Source: Dehalococcoidia bacterium | GTDB taxonomy: Bacteria > Chloroflexota > Dehalococcoidia > Lucifugimonadales > JAGWBF01 | DNA: 64,000 nt | Direction of reading: 5' to 3' | Assembly (NCBI GenBank): GCA_965224415.1 | Contig: CBDCZB010000003.1 | Coordinates: 380,807 to 444,806, forward strand | Shown here: positions 19,448 to 28,196 of the stretch, piece after piece | Layout of the letters: each line of letters begins with the position of its first letter | Position numbering within the stretch: the first letter of the stretch is position 1 | Notes under the pieces: model-generated | Seen by the model: the letters and a program-made list of their open reading frames with translations, nothing else | Databases searched by the model: none | Told to the model about the DNA's origin: nothing | Position numbers and translations under genes: made by a program

Positions 19448-20641
19448 TCATCCACTGACGGGTGCGAACCGCTTAGTTGTTATGGGGCGCGACCGGGGCG
19501 TGAGGTAGTCCGCCCACTGCTGCATGAGCTTGCGGCGGCGGTCGAACAGGTCGGAGCGTGCGTACGCTTGCTCGACGCTCCCGCCCAGCTGATGCGCCAG
19601 AGCCGCCTCCGGGATCGCCCAGGCCGCATCCGTCCGTTCCATGGCCCAGGTCCTGAAGGACGATCTGAACCCGTGCACCGTCGTCCGGTCCGCAAGGCCC
19701 GTGGAACGGAGCGTCTTCGTCAGGGTCATGTCGCTCAGCGTCCGGCCAGGTTTCAGCGGGGACGGGAAGCATAGCCCAGAACCGTCTTCAAGTTGACGCG
19801 CCAGCTTCAACACTTCCAGGGCCCGGTCGCTCAGGGGAACCCGGTGCTCCACCCCCGCCTTCATGCGTGAGGCGGGGATCGTCCATGTCGCGCGCTTAAG
19901 GTCGATCTCGCTCCACGCTGCCCCCCTGGCCTCTCCGGACCGCGCCGCCGTGAAAACCAGGAACGTCAGACAACGCTTCGCGGCAAGCGACGCCCGGGAC
20001 GCATCGACGGTCTTGAGAGCCGAGCCCGCCTCGTGGTGGGGAAGCGCCGGGAGATGCGCTTTGATCTTGGGCATCGGCGGCAAGGCCCCGTCTATGGCTT
20101 CCCCCGCCGGATTGGCCTCAATCAATTCATTCGCCATGGCCCACCTGAATATCGTGCGCATCCTTTGCCGCACGCGCCGGGCGGTCTCGGGGCGCGTCGT
20201 CCATATGGGCGTGAGGACCTTCAACACATCGGCGCGGCCTATCGCGTCGATGGGCTTGTCTCCGATCTTGGGGAAGGCGTGTCGTTCGAGGGTCTGAATC
20301 CACGCTAGAGTGTGGCGTCCGTTGCGCCAACGAGGTTTGTTGACTTCGTGGACGGCATGGGCGGCCTCGCTGAAAGTGGGCGTCGCGGTCCTGCGCTTGT
20401 CCGCCGTCGGGTCCCTGCCGTCGCCGATCGCCTCACGGTTGTCGGACGCACGCTTCCTCGCCTGGGCCAGCGACACAGCCGGATACCCGCCCAGGCCGAT
20501 GTCCCGCCGTCGGCCGTCGACGGTGATCCTCTGCACCCAGCTCTTGCCGCCCGTCTTGCTTATGAACAGGTGCAGGCCGTCGCCGTCCGAGTAGCGGCCA
20601 GGGTCCTTGAGCGCCTTCACCCTTGTCGCCGACAGCTTCAC
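19448..20641 (-). CDS. P4-like tyrosine integrase 1 (adjacent to tRNA-Ala)
   Basis: Arm-binding N-terminus YSDGDGLHL, RSGE, HGFRSSFR, LAH, AY; GAGGAGG before GTG 20641. Confidence 0.95.
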   Translation of the reverse strand: MKLSATRVKALKDPGRYSDGDGLHLFISKTGGKSWVQRITVDGRRRDIGLGGYPAVSLAQARKRASDNREAIGDGRDPTADKRRTATPTFSEAAHAVHEVNKPRWRNGRHTLAWIQTLERHAFPKIGDKPIDAIGRADVLKVLTPIWTTRPETARRVRQRMRTIFRWAMANELIEANPAGEAIDGALPPMPKIKAHLPALPHHEAGSALKTVDASRASLAAKRCLTFLVFTAARSGEARGAAWSEIDLKRATWTIPASRMKAGVEHRVPLSDRALEVLKLARQLEDGSGLCFPSPLKPGRTLSDMTLTKTLRSTGLADRTTVHGFRSSFRTWAMERTDAAWAIPEAALAHQLGGSVEQAYARSDLFDRRRKLMQQWADYLTPRSRPITTKRFAPVSG

Positions 20642-20834
20642 GTTGTGCCGCCTCCTCAATCTCTTACCACATAAATTACCACACATGAAGCGAGACAACA
20701 AGGGATTCCGGGAGATTGGAATGGAGAACGCAGGGGAGACGATTCCAGGGTTGGCGACGCCTGGTGCAGCTACGAATCGGAGCTTTGCTGAGACCTGAAG
20801 AGGCGGGCAGGGAATGGGCGAGAATTGATTGGTT

Positions 20835-20910
20835 TGGTGGAGCTGGGGGGACTCGAACCCCCTACCTCTTCAATGCCATTGAAGCGCTCTCCCTGATGAG
20901 CTACAGCCCC
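20835..20910 (-). tRNA. tRNA-Ala(GGC)
   Basis: GGGGCTG acceptor with G3-U70, anticodon loop ATGGCAT, GGTTCGAGTCC, CCA. Confidence 0.95.
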
Positions 20911-20968
20911 ACGGGGGTTTTACTATAGCAAAGGGCACGAAGCCCCGCAACGCTGGCCGGGACCTTTA

Positions 20969-22231
20969 TCAAGGTGTGATGACGTCGAAACCGGTGTACG
21001 GCCTCAGAGCTTCGGGGATCACTATAGAGCCGTCGGCCTGCTGGCAGTTCTCCATGATGGAGATGACAACCCTCGGCAACGCCAGCCCCGAACCGTTGAG
21101 AGTATGGACGAAAGCCGGTCTGCTTCCTTCTTCCGGCCTGTATCTGAGACCTGTCCGCCGCGCCTGGAAGTCCGTGCAGTTGGAGCAGGAACTCACCTCC
21201 AGCCACTCGCCGCAGCCCGGAGCCCACATCTCCAGGTCGTAGGACTTGGCCGAGGCAAAACCCAGCTCTCCCGCGCACAACCGGAGCACACGGTAGGGCA
21301 ACCCCAGCCGACGGCAAACATCCTCGGCGTCTCCCAACATCCTTTGAAGCTCATTCTCAGAGGAATCCGGCTCCACCAGCTTGTACATCTCGACCTTGTC
21401 GAACTGGTGCACCCGCTTGATCCCTCGGGTGTCTCTCCCCGCTGCCGCTTTCTCCCGGCGGAAACAGGGAGTGTAGGCCGTATAGTTAAGGGGAAGCTCC
21501 TCCGCCTTGAGGACTTCTCCCTTGTGGATGCTGGTGAGCGGCACCTCGGCCGTCGGGACCAACCACAGATCGTCTTCAACGTCCCGGTAGAGGTTGTCAC
21601 CGAACTTGGGCAGGTTTCCGGAGCCTTCCATGATCTCGCGCTTCACTACAGCCGGGAGCAAGACCTCCGTGTACCCGTGCTCGGTCGTGTGGAGGTCCAG
21701 CATCCAGTTAATCAAGGCCCGCTCAAGCCGGGCGCCCTGACCCTTGAGCAGGAAGAAGCGGGAACCCGCCAGCTTCACTCCCCGCTGGAAATCGATTATT
21801 CCCAGCCGCTCTCCCAGGTCCCAATGAGGCAAAGGCTCAAAGTCGAACGTGGGAATCTCGCCCACTGTGTGCACCACCACGTTGTCTTCTTCACCCAAAC
21901 CATCGGGCACATCGTCCAGCGGGAGATTCGGCAGCTCCAAGAGCAGGTCTCTTATCTCCGAGTCCATCTGGTCGACTTCCTGCTCCGACGCCTTGATGTC
22001 ATCCCCCACTTGCCGCATCTCGGCGATCAGCTCCGGCGGACGCTCCTTCATAGAGGAGATTTGACGGCTGGTCTCGTTGCGGCGGGCCCGGAGCTCGTCC
22101 CCTGTCTGAATCAGCTTGCGTCGGCGGGAGTCAAGGTCAAGGAGCTTTTCGATGGGCGGGTCTTCACCTTTACGGACCAGAGCTTGAGCGACAACTTCCG
22201 GTTGGTTTCTGATGAGTTCTATAGAGAGCAT
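20969..22231 (-). CDS. serS: Serine--tRNA ligase
   Basis: PTAEVP, FRREK, RVHQFDKVE, EVSSCSNC, HTLNGSGLA. Confidence 0.98.
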   Translation of the reverse strand: MLSIELIRNQPEVVAQALVRKGEDPPIEKLLDLDSRRRKLIQTGDELRARRNETSRQISSMKERPPELIAEMRQVGDDIKASEQEVDQMDSEIRDLLLELPNLPLDDVPDGLGEEDNVVVHTVGEIPTFDFEPLPHWDLGERLGIIDFQRGVKLAGSRFFLLKGQGARLERALINWMLDLHTTEHGYTEVLLPAVVKREIMEGSGNLPKFGDNLYRDVEDDLWLVPTAEVPLTSIHKGEVLKAEELPLNYTAYTPCFRREKAAAGRDTRGIKRVHQFDKVEMYKLVEPDSSENELQRMLGDAEDVCRRLGLPYRVLRLCAGELGFASAKSYDLEMWAPGCGEWLEVSSCSNCTDFQARRTGLRYRPEEGSRPAFVHTLNGSGLALPRVVISIMENCQQADGSIVIPEALRPYTGFDVITP

Positions 22232-22234
22232 GGG

Positions 22235-23731
22235 CTATTTCTTTGACCTCATCTGAGGGAACAACAGCGCGTCTCTGAGCGTGTTCTGTCCCGTCAGGAG
22301 CATGACTAGGCGGTCTATTCCAATGCCCAGACCGCCCGTGGGAGGCATCCCATGTTCCAGGGCCTCCAGGTAGTCCATGTCCGTGCGGTCGGCTTCCTCT
22401 TCCTGGAACTGTTCCCTGAGTTGTTCCTGTTCGGCAAACCTCTCGGCCTGCTCATGGGGGTCGTTCAACTCGCTGTAGGCGTTGGCCAGCTCCATGCCTC
22501 CGGCAAACCCCTCGAACCTCTCCACCAACGCAGGCTCGTCCCGTTTCTCCTTGGCTAAGGGCGACATCACTTTGGGATAGTCCATGACAAAAACGGGCTG
22601 GATAAGGGTAGGCTCCACGGTGGAAGAGAATATCTTGTCATACACCTTGAAGGGCGGCACGTTGCGCAGATCTATACCCATGCCTCCGGCGGTGGCGGCC
22701 AACTCCTCGATAGGCTTATAGCCCCGGATGTAGGGGTCTATGTCAAGCCCGGAACTGCTCTTGATTGCGTCGCAGAACTTCACTCTCCGCCACGGCGGCG
22801 TAAAGTCGATTTCCATGTCCCGGTACACCGTCTTCGGCGACCCCAGAGCGTCGGAGGCCACCTCAAAGACCATCTCCTCCACCATGTTCATAACGTCGCC
22901 ATAGTCGGCGTAAGCCTCGTAGCTTTCCAGCAGCGTGAACTCCGGGTTGTGGTCCTGGTCCATGCCCTCGTTGCGGAAGACCCGGCCTATCTCGTACACC
23001 TTGTCGAACCCTCCTACGATGAGCCTCTTGAGGTAGAGTTCGGTGGCTATACGGAGGTACAAGTCCTCGTCCAGGACATGGTGATGTGTCACAAAGGGCC
23101 TGGCGAGGGCTCCCGCCGGTATGGGCACCAGCACTGGCGTTTCCACTTCTATAAATCCTCTGGCGTCCAGGAACGACCTGATCCCGTTGATTATTTTGTT
23201 GCGTTGTATGAAGACCGTCTTGATCTCCGGGTTGGCGATGAGGTCCAGATGCCGTTGGCGGTAGCGCACCTCCACGTCCCTGAGGCCGTGCCACTTTTCA
23301 GGAAGAGGGCGCATGGACTTAGAAAGGACCTTCATCTCCCTGACTTCGACGGTCACCTCTCCGGTGCGAGTGCGGAACAGGGGACCGCTGACGCCTAGGA
23401 AGTCGCCAATGTCCAGGTCTCTGACCAGCGGGAATTCATCCGCCAGCACGTCCCTACGGAAATGGGCTTGGATTTTGCCTGAAGAGTCCCGCAGGTCCAG
23501 GAATGCAGCTTTGCCCATGATTCGCATGGACATGATGCGACCGGCCACTGAAACAGTCTGGTCCGAATGGCCGTCTGCAGACTCCGACTCGTGGTCAATG
23601 AAAAGGGATATGGCTTGTTCAGCCGTGCAAGTCCGGCGGTAACGCGCCGGATAGGGGTCTATTCCCTTGTCTCGGAGTTGGTCGAGCTTGTCCTGGCGGC
23701 TTCTGAGGAGCTCTTCTCCACGCTCGGGCAT
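22235..23731 (-). CDS. lysS: Lysine--tRNA ligase (class II)
   Basis: LPEKWHGL, YLRIATELYLKRL, FRNEG..HNPEF, GMPPTGGLGIGIDRL. Confidence 0.98.
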   Translation of the reverse strand: MPERGEELLRSRQDKLDQLRDKGIDPYPARYRRTCTAEQAISLFIDHESESADGHSDQTVSVAGRIMSMRIMGKAAFLDLRDSSGKIQAHFRRDVLADEFPLVRDLDIGDFLGVSGPLFRTRTGEVTVEVREMKVLSKSMRPLPEKWHGLRDVEVRYRQRHLDLIANPEIKTVFIQRNKIINGIRSFLDARGFIEVETPVLVPIPAGALARPFVTHHHVLDEDLYLRIATELYLKRLIVGGFDKVYEIGRVFRNEGMDQDHNPEFTLLESYEAYADYGDVMNMVEEMVFEVASDALGSPKTVYRDMEIDFTPPWRRVKFCDAIKSSSGLDIDPYIRGYKPIEELAATAGGMGIDLRNVPPFKVYDKIFSSTVEPTLIQPVFVMDYPKVMSPLAKEKRDEPALVERFEGFAGGMELANAYSELNDPHEQAERFAEQEQLREQFQEEEADRTDMDYLEALEHGMPPTGGLGIGIDRLVMLLTGQNTLRDALLFPQMRSKK

Positions 23732-23735
23732 CAGG

Positions 23736-24203
23736 CTACCGGATTTCCAGTATCTCCAGGTTTGTCGTACCGGCCGGGGCCGTCACGCTGGCAATGTCTC
23801 CTATGTGCTTCCCCAACAGCGCCTTTCCGGTGGGAGATACGTTGGATATCTTGCCTTCCGCCGGGTCGGCTTCGGTGCTCCCCACGATGGTGTAGCGGAC
23901 TTTCTTTCCCGTGGCGGTTTTTACAGTCACGCGCGATCCGATATCGACAGTGTCCGAAACTCCCGACTTTTCAGTGATGATGGCGGCGTTAGCCAAGGCG
24001 TTCCCAACCATCAGGATGCGCCCCTCGATAAACGCCTGCTCGTTTTTCGCTTCTTCATACTCGGCGTTGTCGACAGTGCCGCCGATTTCCTTGGCCTTAT
24101 ATATCCGCTCCGCGACCGCCTGCCTGCGTGCGGTGGAAAGCTCTTCATATTCAGCTTTCAGCTTAACCAAACCCTCTTTCGTCAAGTAAGTCGGCTCGGC
24201 CAT
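23736..24203 (-). CDS. greA: Transcription elongation factor GreA
   Basis: LTKEGL, DNAEYEEAK, ISNVSPTGKALLG. Confidence 0.97.
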   Translation of the reverse strand: MAEPTYLTKEGLVKLKAEYEELSTARRQAVAERIYKAKEIGGTVDNAEYEEAKNEQAFIEGRILMVGNALANAAIITEKSGVSDTVDIGSRVTVKTATGKKVRYTIVGSTEADPAEGKISNVSPTGKALLGKHIGDIASVTAPAGTTNLEILEIR

Positions 24204-24484
24204 CGTGCCTCCTCCGCTCCAAAAAGAGAAAAAGACTGCAGGCCTCCTATGAAAAAGGAAGCCCCAGTCAGCAATGGAAGTCTACATGAAAACGCCGCTG
24301 TTTGTAAAGCTCCTGGGCGATCGTGCCAGGTGAGACTCTCCTCGTTTGAAGGATTGCATCAGTCCCTATTCCACGCCTCAGTCTGTCCATGGCTTGTTGC
24401 CTTTGACGTGGAAACGTTTACTATGTTACTCAAGAATTGACGATACTTGACCCAAATCCGTGACCCGCATTTGGAGTGTGTGAC

Positions 24485-25093
24485 ATGAGCGTCAGGAGCT
24501 ATTCGGCATTGCGGGACGTTTATAAGCCACCTGCTCCGCGTGCTGCGCAGAAGGTGTTGGACCACCTGGATGTTCACTGCCGGAACTTCATAGCCCTCTC
24601 GCCTCTTTGCGTTCTGAGTTCCACCAATGCCAAGGGGCAAGCTGACGCCTCTCCACGGGGCGACCCGCCCGGATTTGTGAAGGTCTTGGATAACAAGACT
24701 TTGCTGCTTCCCGACCGCCCTGGGAACAACCAGGTGGACTCGCTTCAGAACATCGTGGAGAACCCGGGCGTGGGCTTGCTCTTCTTCGTGCCGGGGATGA
24801 ACGAGACCCTGCGTGTGAAGGGGAAGGCGGAGATAGTGACCGACGACGATGAACTGGAGTCGATGACGGTGAAGGGCCGACCTCCGGTGTCCGGATTGCG
24901 GATCACCGTAGCGGAAGCGTTCCTCCACTGCGGTCGGGCCCTGATACGCTCACGCGTCTGGGACCCCGATGTCCAGATAGTGCGTTCAGACTACCCCACC
25001 TACGGGCAAGCGCTGGCTGACCAGATAGCAGGAGCCGACGCCAAGGAGATTGACGACTCCGAGGACGAGGCCAACAGGGAGCGGCTCTACTAA
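24485..25093 (+). CDS. Pyridoxamine-5'-phosphate oxidase-like FMN-binding protein (MSMEG_1061 family)
   Basis: DASPRGDPPGF, PDRPGNN, FLHCGRALIRS. Confidence 0.9.
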   Translation: MSVRSYSALRDVYKPPAPRAAQKVLDHLDVHCRNFIALSPLCVLSSTNAKGQADASPRGDPPGFVKVLDNKTLLLPDRPGNNQVDSLQNIVENPGVGLLFFVPGMNETLRVKGKAEIVTDDDELESMTVKGRPPVSGLRITVAEAFLHCGRALIRSRVWDPDVQIVRSDYPTYGQALADQIAGADAKEIDDSEDEANRERLY

Positions 25094-25118
25094 CGCGGCC
25101 TATATCAACGTGGAGCCG

Positions 25119-26939
25119 CTAACGGCGCCACTCGGCGATGTTCCACAGTTCGCTGTCCCAGGCGTTCATGCGGACACCCTGCAAGGTGTTGGCGTACGCT
25201 GAAACGAGGCCCCGCAGCGCCAGGGGAATCTCGTAGTAGTTCTGCACGTAGATGTCGTTGAGTCGTTTCACCAAGACGTCCCGCTCCGGCGCGATTCGCT
25301 TCTGAGCAAGCTGGGTTAGCAGCCCGTCATAGGTTTCGTTGCATGCTCGGGCGTTGTTCCCGTCGGCCCAGTTGTTCTCCCGCGTCTGGATATGCTCGCA
25401 GCCTCTGCTGGCCAGGTGCTGCTGCGGGTCAATGTCGGGGCCGGTTGTGTACATCTGTACGTCGGCGAAGAACCTGCGGTAGGTCGTCCCCTTGTCGACG
25501 ACGGGGTCGCCGCCGAAAAATACGCTGGCATCGTGCTGCACCAGCTCGGCATCGATGCCTATCTCGCTCCACCAGTCTCGAATAAGGGTCTGCGTGTCCT
25601 GCCGAATGGCGTTCACTGTGGTCTGATACGTTATCCGCAGGGGGACACCGTTGTATTCGCGTACGCCGTCTCCGTCAGAGTCCAGGACTCCGTTGCTGTC
25701 CAACAGCGCCTTGGCGCCTTCGATGTCTTGGGTTAGACACCCGTCGTTAGCGGTGGAGGCGTACCTTTGAGGGGCCATGATCAGATTGCATGCGGGCTTT
25801 CCCGCGAAGCCGTATAGGTCCTCTGCGATTCGGGTGCGGTCGATGGCCATGGACATGGCCTGGGTAATGGGCGTGAACGTCAGGAAAGGGTGGGGGTTCT
25901 GGCCGTCCAGGTATTCGGAGCGGTCGTCGCCTAGGTCTGGGTCGGGGTTGGTCTGATTGACGACAATGCGTTCGACGTCACCGGCAAAGGCGGAAACCAC
26001 TTTGCCCATGCCCCCCGCTTCCATCTCGGCCAGCGTTTCCGGATCGATTTGCAAGTTCCAGGCATAGTCCGCTTCACCGGTTTCCAGCACGGCCTGCGCT
26101 GCCGACTGAGCGTCGCCCCCTCCGACGATAACAACACGGTCGAAATATGGAGCCTCGCCCCGGTAGAACGGGTTGCGCTCATAGACGGCTTGGTCGTTGG
26201 GTGTGAACTCGACGATTCGATAGGGGCCGGAGCCCAGAGGAGCCCTGTTCTGTGCGTCACAGGTCCTTGCCGCGGCCCCAACGCAGTCGGCGAACTGCGC
26301 CTTACTGATAACAGGCGTGCTGGCGCTCACGAAAGCATTGTATGGGTAGGGAGCCGGAGCATCGAACCTTATTTCGATTGTCAGATCGTCAAGTGCCTCA
26401 ACGGATATAATGCCCGAAAAAGCGTCCTTGCCGGAGCATCCGGTCGCCTCATCCGTGCAGTACCGCCAGGTGAAGACTGCGTCGTGGGCCGTAAGGGCGC
26501 TGCCGTCTGACCACTTGAGGCCCTCTCGCAGCTTCCATGTGATGGACATCAGGTCTTCTGCAACTCCTCCGTTTTCAACGGTCGGGATTTCTACGGCCAG
26601 CCTTGGCGTGAGCTCGCCGTCGGGGTCGTAGCTGGCCAGGGGTTCGAGAGTGACGGCGGCGGCGTCCCGGTCCTTGTAACCGTCCGCCAAGTATGGGCTG
26701 GGCAATGAGGGGGCTTGCCAGTAGCGGATGGTCAATACTTTCTCTTCGGGCGCGACCTCCGTCGGCGTAGGGGCGCTGGTGGGAATCGGTGTGTTGGTCG
26801 GAAGGTCGGTGGCAGTGGGCGTCGGGTCACCGCCGCATGACGAGATCAGAGCGGCTGACAGCAGACCTGACAGCCCAACCCATGTTGTCCTCTGAATCCA
26901 CTCTCTCAGTACACTCACTCCGCGTAAAGTGAACACCAA
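25119..26939 (-). CDS. Peptide ABC transporter substrate-binding lipoprotein (family 5)
   Basis: Lipobox LISSC, PT-rich linker, LKWSDG, GSGPY; no permease adjacent. Confidence 0.9.
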   Translation of the reverse strand: MVFTLRGVSVLREWIQRTTWVGLSGLLSAALISSCGGDPTPTATDLPTNTPIPTSAPTPTEVAPEEKVLTIRYWQAPSLPSPYLADGYKDRDAAAVTLEPLASYDPDGELTPRLAVEIPTVENGGVAEDLMSITWKLREGLKWSDGSALTAHDAVFTWRYCTDEATGCSGKDAFSGIISVEALDDLTIEIRFDAPAPYPYNAFVSASTPVISKAQFADCVGAAARTCDAQNRAPLGSGPYRIVEFTPNDQAVYERNPFYRGEAPYFDRVVIVGGGDAQSAAQAVLETGEADYAWNLQIDPETLAEMEAGGMGKVVSAFAGDVERIVVNQTNPDPDLGDDRSEYLDGQNPHPFLTFTPITQAMSMAIDRTRIAEDLYGFAGKPACNLIMAPQRYASTANDGCLTQDIEGAKALLDSNGVLDSDGDGVREYNGVPLRITYQTTVNAIRQDTQTLIRDWWSEIGIDAELVQHDASVFFGGDPVVDKGTTYRRFFADVQMYTTGPDIDPQQHLASRGCEHIQTRENNWADGNNARACNETYDGLLTQLAQKRIAPERDVLVKRLNDIYVQNYYEIPLALRGLVSAYANTLQGVRMNAWDSELWNIAEWRR

Positions 26940-26976
26940 GCGATCCTAAAGACGTCTAAGTCGAGTGCGTCCGCGG

Positions 26977-28155
26977 CTACCACTTAGTGGACTCCTCCGC
27001 GTATACGTGGTCGGGCAACGTGTAGCGGATTCCGTCCTCATCGTACGCCGCAGTCGCGAGCAAGCCGCTAAATCTGTTGAAGTTGTTCTTCTGGAGACGG
27101 CCCGCAAACAGCCTACCCAGGAGGTGCTCGTAACGGTGTTGCAGTTTGAACCAGACGACAGCTCCAAAACCGGAAAGGGGCGGGTACATCAGTGACCGGG
27201 CAGTCTCATTACCGATAAGTCCGCGGGAAAGGCGGTACACGTACTGAGCTAAGCTGCGGCGGCCCTTTGGGTCAGTCACCCCGGCAATCAACGGCGCCGA
27301 GTTGACCAAAGCGTGGGCCATCACGACCGATTCAATTTCGGAACTGGGCTCGCACATGAGAGCGACGTCATACAATTTCAGGGCATCTTCCCCGTCATGG
27401 AACAGGATAGTCTCGGGAATGCCCATCAAGTAACCGGAGTAGCGCCAAACGGCCATGAAGCTCGCGTACTCTTCGTCATTGTAATCAGCGCCCAGGGTTT
27501 TCATGTGTTTCAATAGCCTTGCCGAAAAAGCGGAAATAGCGTAACCCAAATGGGCCGCGCTAATCGGCGCGCCCCAAGCTTCTGCATCCCAATCTTCCGT
27601 ATCGTTTAAGAGTTGTCGGACTATTCTGATGCGGACTGAAAGTTTCCAGCCCTCTCCATACCTGTACAGGCCTCCAGGAAGAAATATCTCCATCATATGA
27701 CGGTTATTCTGTCCCAAACGCCTGACGCCCTGGTCACGCAACTTCCCGGTGATGATGAAGGACTTTGCTATATTCGTTGTAAAGCCTTCTATCAGAACTC
27801 CTGCGACGAATGCCGCCAGGACCAGATATGAGTTCCTGTGAAACATGCGGACAGCCGGGGCGAACGCTGCATAGTCGAGCCATTCCGGAGTAGTTTCCGC
27901 GTCCTTGAAGAATTCTCGCAGCGACTCCGGCGCGTCCCGCAGAGCCTCCTCGCCTTCTTCTTCCATAGCCGCTCGAATGAGTCGTTCTTGCTCTTCTGTA
28001 CTAAGCTCTGCGAGGTCTGCCGTCATCGCTTCGCCCAGTGGGTCTCCAATGAGTGTGTGTGCGACGTAATTGAACGCTATTTCAGGCGCAACAGCACGGG
28101 CCTTTTCATAACCCGGCTTGTAGTCAGTCGGTATGTTCTCGGTCAGTATGCTCAT
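26977..28155 (-). CDS. MpaB/DUF2236 (Lcp-like) oxygenase family protein, haem-ligand motif apparently deleted
   Basis: GDPLGE, RRLGQN, GWKLSVRIRIVR, WGAPISAAH, WRYSGYLMG. Confidence 0.8.
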   Translation of the reverse strand: MSILTENIPTDYKPGYEKARAVAPEIAFNYVAHTLIGDPLGEAMTADLAELSTEEQERLIRAAMEEEGEEALRDAPESLREFFKDAETTPEWLDYAAFAPAVRMFHRNSYLVLAAFVAGVLIEGFTTNIAKSFIITGKLRDQGVRRLGQNNRHMMEIFLPGGLYRYGEGWKLSVRIRIVRQLLNDTEDWDAEAWGAPISAAHLGYAISAFSARLLKHMKTLGADYNDEEYASFMAVWRYSGYLMGIPETILFHDGEDALKLYDVALMCEPSSEIESVVMAHALVNSAPLIAGVTDPKGRRSLAQYVYRLSRGLIGNETARSLMYPPLSGFGAVVWFKLQHRYEHLLGRLFAGRLQKNNFNRFSGLLATAAYDEDGIRYTLPDHVYAEESTKW

Positions 28156-28196
28156 GGCTCCTCCCGTGTCGACCCCATTATCTACCTATATTTGCT

